From IMG/VR virus record IMGVR_UViG_3300032330_001542, positions 1-36,743 of that record: a stretch of DNA of 36,743 nucleotides; one strand, written 5' to 3'. Position 1 is the stretch's first letter. Every line of letters begins with the position of its first letter. Below are positions 32,721 to 36,743 of this stretch, one piece after another. Source of the DNA: a virus (lineage: Duplodnaviria > Caudoviricetes). The notes under the pieces are model-generated. The model had not been told where the DNA came from. It searched no databases and saw only the letters and a program-made list of their open reading frames with translations. Both the position numbers and the translations under genes were made by a program.

Positions 32721-33160
32721 TTCAAAGCGAACGCGACACCATTGAACGAATCAAACAAGCAGCCGAACGCAAGATCTGGGTGACCTTCCGCAAAGAAGGC
32801 ATTCACTGCTATCCTGCTGCTGCCACAGATCCAGTGTTGGCCACAGGCGATGAGTATGATGTCAGCTTCTTGGGTCACCCACATCGTCATATGTTTCATT
32901 TTTGTGTGTGGATTGATGTGTTTCATAATGACCGCGACATTGAGTTTATTCAATTCAAACGCTGGTTAGAGAACTTGTTCAATACAGGCATCATGCAACT
33001 GAACTATAAAAGTTGCGAGATGATTGCCGACGACCTATATACACACATTGCTGCTCGTTATGCTGAACGCGCAGTATGGATTGAAGTGGCCGAGGATGGC
33101 GAGAACGGCTGCTTGATCAAGTATGAAACCACTCGCCCAAACCTAACTATTAAAATTTAA
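32717..33160 (+). CDS. queD: QueD-like (6-carboxytetrahydropterin synthase / PTPS T-fold) protein
   Basis: EGIH...HPHRHMF (zinc His triad-like), IEF, SCEMIA, VAEDGENG; context with folE and the TGT-like gene. Confidence 0.65.
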   Translation: MIQSERDTIERIKQAAERKIWVTFRKEGIHCYPAAATDPVLATGDEYDVSFLGHPHRHMFHFCVWIDVFHNDRDIEFIQFKRWLENLFNTGIMQLNYKSCEMIADDLYTHIAARYAERAVWIEVAEDGENGCLIKYETTRPNLTIKI

Positions 33161-33169
33161 GGATTTATC

Positions 33170-33388
33170 ATGGCACGACCAACCTTCAAAAGCAACCCCA
33201 AGGTACAGGAAATCTTCAGTGACCTTGAATCATTTTTGGTCTTTTGCAAGGACTACGGCTACCGATTCAACGAAGCCGATCTCTACAACTTCCGCAGCTA
33301 TGCTTGGCAGCAATACACCAAGTTCTCACAGGGCAAACGCGCCAAGAACATGTGGAACGAGGATGGTGCTCGCTTTGCGGGTAAATGA
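33170..33388 (+). CDS. Small hypothetical protein
   Basis: 72 aa with an AAGGA RBS. Confidence 0.7.
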   Translation: MARPTFKSNPKVQEIFSDLESFLVFCKDYGYRFNEADLYNFRSYAWQQYTKFSQGKRAKNMWNEDGARFAGK

Positions 33389-34584
33389 TCATGCGTAAGT
33401 TATTTTATTGCGGTCTTGAATCCTACGAATCTCGCTACACCCTACAGCTCACAGAGTGGAACCGGCGTGTGTTTGATCGCCGTGGCCTGGATGTGGTCTA
33501 TGTGCCTGGCACAACCATTGACAACAGCCAAAGCATTTCAGTGGGACAGGTGTTAGACGCACACGGACGCAGTTACTTTAGTATGAGCCAAATGATGAAT
33601 CTGGTTCAGCTGATGAAGAACGGTGATGTCACTGGCGATGATGTGGTGTTGTTTGAGGACATGTTCCAGCCTGGCATTGAGAGTTTGCCCTACATCATGG
33701 ATCAGATTCCCGAGAACATGCGGCCTCAAGTTTGGGTACGCTGTCTTGCACAGAGCATTGACCCTGATGACTTTGTGCATGTATGGGGCATGGCTGGTTG
33801 GATGAGCACATATGAAAAAATGGTCAATCACTTTGTGTCTGGCGTGTTGGCAAGTAATGAAGAAATGGTTGCCCACATGCGCATTGCTGGTTGGCAGGCT
33901 CCAATCTACAATGTCAGTGGCTTGGCCTTTGGCAAAGAGGAAGTGCTAGAACGCATTGGCGGCCGTGACAACATTCAACCATTTGCAAACCGCGAACTGC
34001 GTGTGGCCTTTGCCAGTCGTTGGGATCAAGAGAAACAGCCAGACTTCTACATGGATCTTGCTGAACGCTTCGCACAAATTCATCCCAATGTGAAGTTTGC
34101 TATCTTTGCAGGTGGTCCATTGCGCAGTAACAATCCGCGCTATGTGGAACGGGCTAGGGCTATGGCTGCCGAGGGTCGATTGGAAATCCACGAGAACTTG
34201 ACCAAGAACCAATACTACGCCTTGCTCAACGACAGTCGTGTGTTGTTCAACTGTGCGTTACAAGACTGGGTATCAAACACCATCAGCGAAGCAGACACAC
34301 TAGGCTGTAATGTGTTGTTTCCGGCCTATAGATCATTTCCAGAAACCTTGGCCAATGATCACCAGCGTATGTATGTGCCTTGGAGTCAAGATGATGCTGT
34401 GGCCAAACTCACTGGACTGTTGAGAGATCCACACCCTAACCAAGGATCAATTAGTGACTGGACTGACGGTACAGTGGATCGTATTGTGGATATCATTACA
34501 GGTCAAGGCGAACAGTGGAATCGAGCAGGCAATAGATATCGTGACCATGTGGCGGGTGCTAAGTATCAGGTCAAACGGGTATAA
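33385..34584 (+). CDS. GT-B (GT4-like) glycosyltransferase
   Basis: FASRWDQEKQPDF and QDWVSNTISEADTLGC...SFPE resemble the GT4 R..K and [ED]-x7-E motifs. Confidence 0.75.
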   Translation: MIMRKLFYCGLESYESRYTLQLTEWNRRVFDRRGLDVVYVPGTTIDNSQSISVGQVLDAHGRSYFSMSQMMNLVQLMKNGDVTGDDVVLFEDMFQPGIESLPYIMDQIPENMRPQVWVRCLAQSIDPDDFVHVWGMAGWMSTYEKMVNHFVSGVLASNEEMVAHMRIAGWQAPIYNVSGLAFGKEEVLERIGGRDNIQPFANRELRVAFASRWDQEKQPDFYMDLAERFAQIHPNVKFAIFAGGPLRSNNPRYVERARAMAAEGRLEIHENLTKNQYYALLNDSRVLFNCALQDWVSNTISEADTLGCNVLFPAYRSFPETLANDHQRMYVPWSQDDAVAKLTGLLRDPHPNQGSISDWTDGTVDRIVDIITGQGEQWNRAGNRYRDHVAGAKYQVKRV

Positions 34585-34587
34585 TCA

Positions 34588-35538
34588 ATGAAAATAGCCA
34601 TCACAGGCGCAGCAGGTTTTATCGGTGGTCAGATCATGTTGGACATGCGGGCTCAAGGGCATGAAGTCTTGGCCATTGATCCAAGACCTTTGCCACCACA
34701 ACTACAAGGTCACGCCAATCGAGTGGTTCAACGCCGTGCTGCCGACCAAGGTACATTTGCATCGTTGATTCAATTTGAACCTGATGCCATCGTTCATTGC
34801 GGTGGCACCAGCTTGGTCGGTCCTAGTATGACTAATCCCAGCGAGTACTATCACAACAATGTTATCGAAACCATTAACATGTTGGATTTCCTGGTACAGA
34901 AACGAATGCAGCCCAGAATCATGTTCAGTAGCAGTGCCAGTGTGTATGGCCGTAGTGTAAAATGGGCCTGCAAAGAAGATACCATGCTGTTGCCTGTGAG
35001 TCCGTATGGTGAAAGCAAGTTCATGGTAGAAAAGGTCTTGGCCAGTTATCGCAGAGCCTATGACTTGGACTATGTGAGTTTTAGATTTTTCAATGCCTGT
35101 GGTGCTGACCCTCAAGGGCGTCATGGTCAAGAGCCCGGTGCCACACACATCATTGCTCGTGTGTTGGAAAGTGTGCGCCACAATCAACAATTTGTGTGCA
35201 ATGGCAATGACTATGAAACTGCCGACGGAACCTGTATTAGAGACTATGTGCATGTGGCAGACATCAGCTTGGCACATCAACTGGCATTGAACTCCGCTGT
35301 ACCAGCTGGTGCTTACAACTTAGGAACTGAGCAAGGTCACAGCAATCTGGAAGTGCTGGATCGAGCCAGACTGGTAACACAAAGTGCAATTCCTGTCACA
35401 TTTGGACCAAGACGCGCAGGTGATCCTGATAGTTTGACTGCAGATTCCACCCTGTTCAAGACCACAGCAGGATGGCAACCTCAATACAACCTTGAAGACA
35501 TGGTGCGTCATGCCTGGAACTGGTACAACCGGATTTAG
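34588..35538 (+). CDS. galE: UDP-glucose 4-epimerase
   Basis: ITGAAGFIG, FSSSASVYG, SPYGESK (YxxxK), RFFNACGA, DGTCIRDYVHV. Confidence 0.9.
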   Translation: MKIAITGAAGFIGGQIMLDMRAQGHEVLAIDPRPLPPQLQGHANRVVQRRAADQGTFASLIQFEPDAIVHCGGTSLVGPSMTNPSEYYHNNVIETINMLDFLVQKRMQPRIMFSSSASVYGRSVKWACKEDTMLLPVSPYGESKFMVEKVLASYRRAYDLDYVSFRFFNACGADPQGRHGQEPGATHIIARVLESVRHNQQFVCNGNDYETADGTCIRDYVHVADISLAHQLALNSAVPAGAYNLGTEQGHSNLEVLDRARLVTQSAIPVTFGPRRAGDPDSLTADSTLFKTTAGWQPQYNLEDMVRHAWNWYNRI

Positions 35539-36115
35539 TACTTTATTTGAGTTTGAGCAGGCCCTGGCCGATTACACCGGTGCGCCTTATGCGGTGGCCA
35601 CAGATTGCTGCACACATGCCATTGAACTTTGTTTGCGCATGGACTGTGTGCAATTTTGTGAATTCACTGCGTTTACCTATCTAAGCATACCTCAGTTGAT
35701 GCGCAAGTTGGGCATAGGCTACTATATGCGAACCGAATATTGGCGTTCGCAATTGGAATATCAATTTCACAATACCAACATCTGGGACAGTGCAAGACTG
35801 TTACGACCCAATATGTATAGACCAGGAATGAAACAATGCTTGAGTTTTGGTCATGGTAAACCCTTGGAATTGGGTCGTGTGGGTGCAGTTCTTTTAGACA
35901 ATGAGGCTGAGTATGAGGCCTTGAGCCGTTTGAGGTCGGATGGTAGAGACCTACGCATATCACCCTGGATCACGCAACAGGCCTTTGGTGATGGATACCA
36001 CTACTGTCCTACCTTGGAGTCCTGTGCGCTAGGCATACAAAAATTATCAACCATCAACCCAGAACCTAAGTACCAAGACTATCCGGATCTACGCACCATT
36101 GACTTTACAACTTGA
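35510..36115 (+). CDS. Short DegT/DnrJ/EryC1-family PLP-dependent aminotransferase-like protein
   Basis: FEQALADYTGAPYAVATDCCTHAIEL, WDSA, CLSFGHGKPL..G.VGAVL; only about 200 aa; start uncertain. Confidence 0.7.
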   Translation: MPGTGTTGFSTLFEFEQALADYTGAPYAVATDCCTHAIELCLRMDCVQFCEFTAFTYLSIPQLMRKLGIGYYMRTEYWRSQLEYQFHNTNIWDSARLLRPNMYRPGMKQCLSFGHGKPLELGRVGAVLLDNEAEYEALSRLRSDGRDLRISPWITQQAFGDGYHYCPTLESCALGIQKLSTINPEPKYQDYPDLRTIDFTT

Positions 36116-36127
36116 ATCTAGTATAAT
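36099..36127 (+). promoter_or_regulatory. sigma70-like promoter for folE
   Basis: TTGACT-N17-TATAAT. Confidence 0.8.
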
Positions 36128-36154
36128 TAACAAAACACAAACTTGGAGAAAGAA

Positions 36155-36743
36155 TTGTCTCAAGAAAAGAATCTAGCACAGGTAATACGCGAACGCATGA
36201 AGGCAGACAACAAACGCTTCTGGGCTGGTGACAACATCAGCGATTATGTTTCCGAACAAGATAAAACACAACTGATCAGCGAAGCCACAGCGGCATTTGA
36301 GCAAGTGCTGGACACACTGTTGATTGATAGAGAAAACGATCCCAACAGTCACGGCACTGCTCGACGACTGGCCAAGATGTACTTCAATGAGATCATGGCA
36401 GGACGCTATGATCCTGCACCATGTGCCACTGCTTTTCCCAACGACAGTGCGGAACGATATGAAGGCATGTTGGTTGTGCGCAGCGAACTGCGCAGTATGT
36501 GCAGTCACCATCATCAGCCAGTGTCAGGTGTTGCTTACATTGGAATCATTGCAGCACAGAAATTAATCGGACTTTCTAAATACACTAGAATTGCTCAGTG
36601 GTGTGCGCGGCGTGGTACCTTGCAGGAAGAGCTGTGCAATGACATTGCTAGAGAGATAATGCGTGCAACCGACTCACAGAATGTCGGAGTTTACTTAGAG
36701 GCGGAGCATGGCTGCTGTATCAATCGCGGCATTATGGCTCATA
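36155..36743 (+). CDS. folE: GTP cyclohydrolase I (partial, runs off the right edge)
   Basis: TTG start after GGAG; hand translation gives TARRLAKMY, SMCSHHHQP, GLSKYTRI, LQEEL and EAEHGCCINRGI. Not in the ORF track. Confidence 0.93.
   Translation, partial: MSQEKNLAQVIRERMKADNKRFWAGDNISDYVSEQDKTQLISEATAAFEQVLDTLLIDRENDPNSHGTARRLAKMYFNEIMAGRYDPAPCATAFPNDSAERYEGMLVVRSELRSMCSHHHQPVSGVAYIGIIAAQKLIGLSKYTRIAQWCARRGTLQEELCNDIAREIMRATDSQNVGVYLEAEHGCCINRGIMAH

Noticed and set aside
483-36514. Numerous minus-strand and short alternate-frame ORFs in the track
   Set aside because: They shadow long + strand genes with recognisable motifs and show no motifs of their own; only 3785..4000 was kept, because of its lipobox and context.
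4748-36743. Bacterial chromosome origin suggested by dnaJ, clpA, dps, galE and folE
   Set aside because: The T4-like PolB, lysis cassette, TAAATA motifs, dense single-strand hypothetical ORFs and lack of bacterial operon context indicate a phage.
1-36743. Stop-codon reassignment, tRNA genes and intrinsic terminators
   Set aside because: Genes are intact under the standard code with TAA, TAG and TGA all used as stops; no cloverleaf or convincing hairpin plus U-tract was seen in the short intergenic gaps by eye.

Overview
A 36.7-kb segment of a large, probably lytic dsDNA tailed phage with a T4-like or jumbo-phage gene complement. It uses the standard genetic code, and everything is on the + strand except a partial phoH at the left edge. 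Order: phoH (-), hypotheticals, an APS-kinase/nucleotidyltransferase fusion, a lysis cassette (GH19 endolysin, i-spanin with embedded o-spanin, holin), dnaJ-clpA, a ~16-kb block of modular 'polyvalent' proteins plus Dps, a DsbA/GapR-like DNA-binding protein, family B DNA polymerase, a methyltransferase-like gene, a probable sliding clamp, and a cluster of TGT/DpdA-like transglycosylase, QueD-like protein, glycosyltransferase, GalE, truncated DegT and FolE. The strongest unexplained signal is an 18-bp direct repeat, GCAAGGTGTGGCGGAAGG, encoding x-Q-G-V-A-E-G (8 good copies, 1 degenerate). It separates in-frame, unrelated, often AT-rich domain cassettes inside two polyprotein genes and is conserved at synonymous positions. 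Many ORFs in this block start with a leader like the T4 capsid-targeting sequence and have domain junctions at hydrophobic-x-Glu sites. I infer a DNA-level cassette-shuffling system that builds capsid-packaged, protease-processed effector polyproteins. Two promoter classes (sigma70-like and TAAATA late-like), several apparently leaderless genes, and a possible glycosylated 7-deazaguanine pathway are also visible. All functional calls come from motif recognition by eye; no database searches were run.
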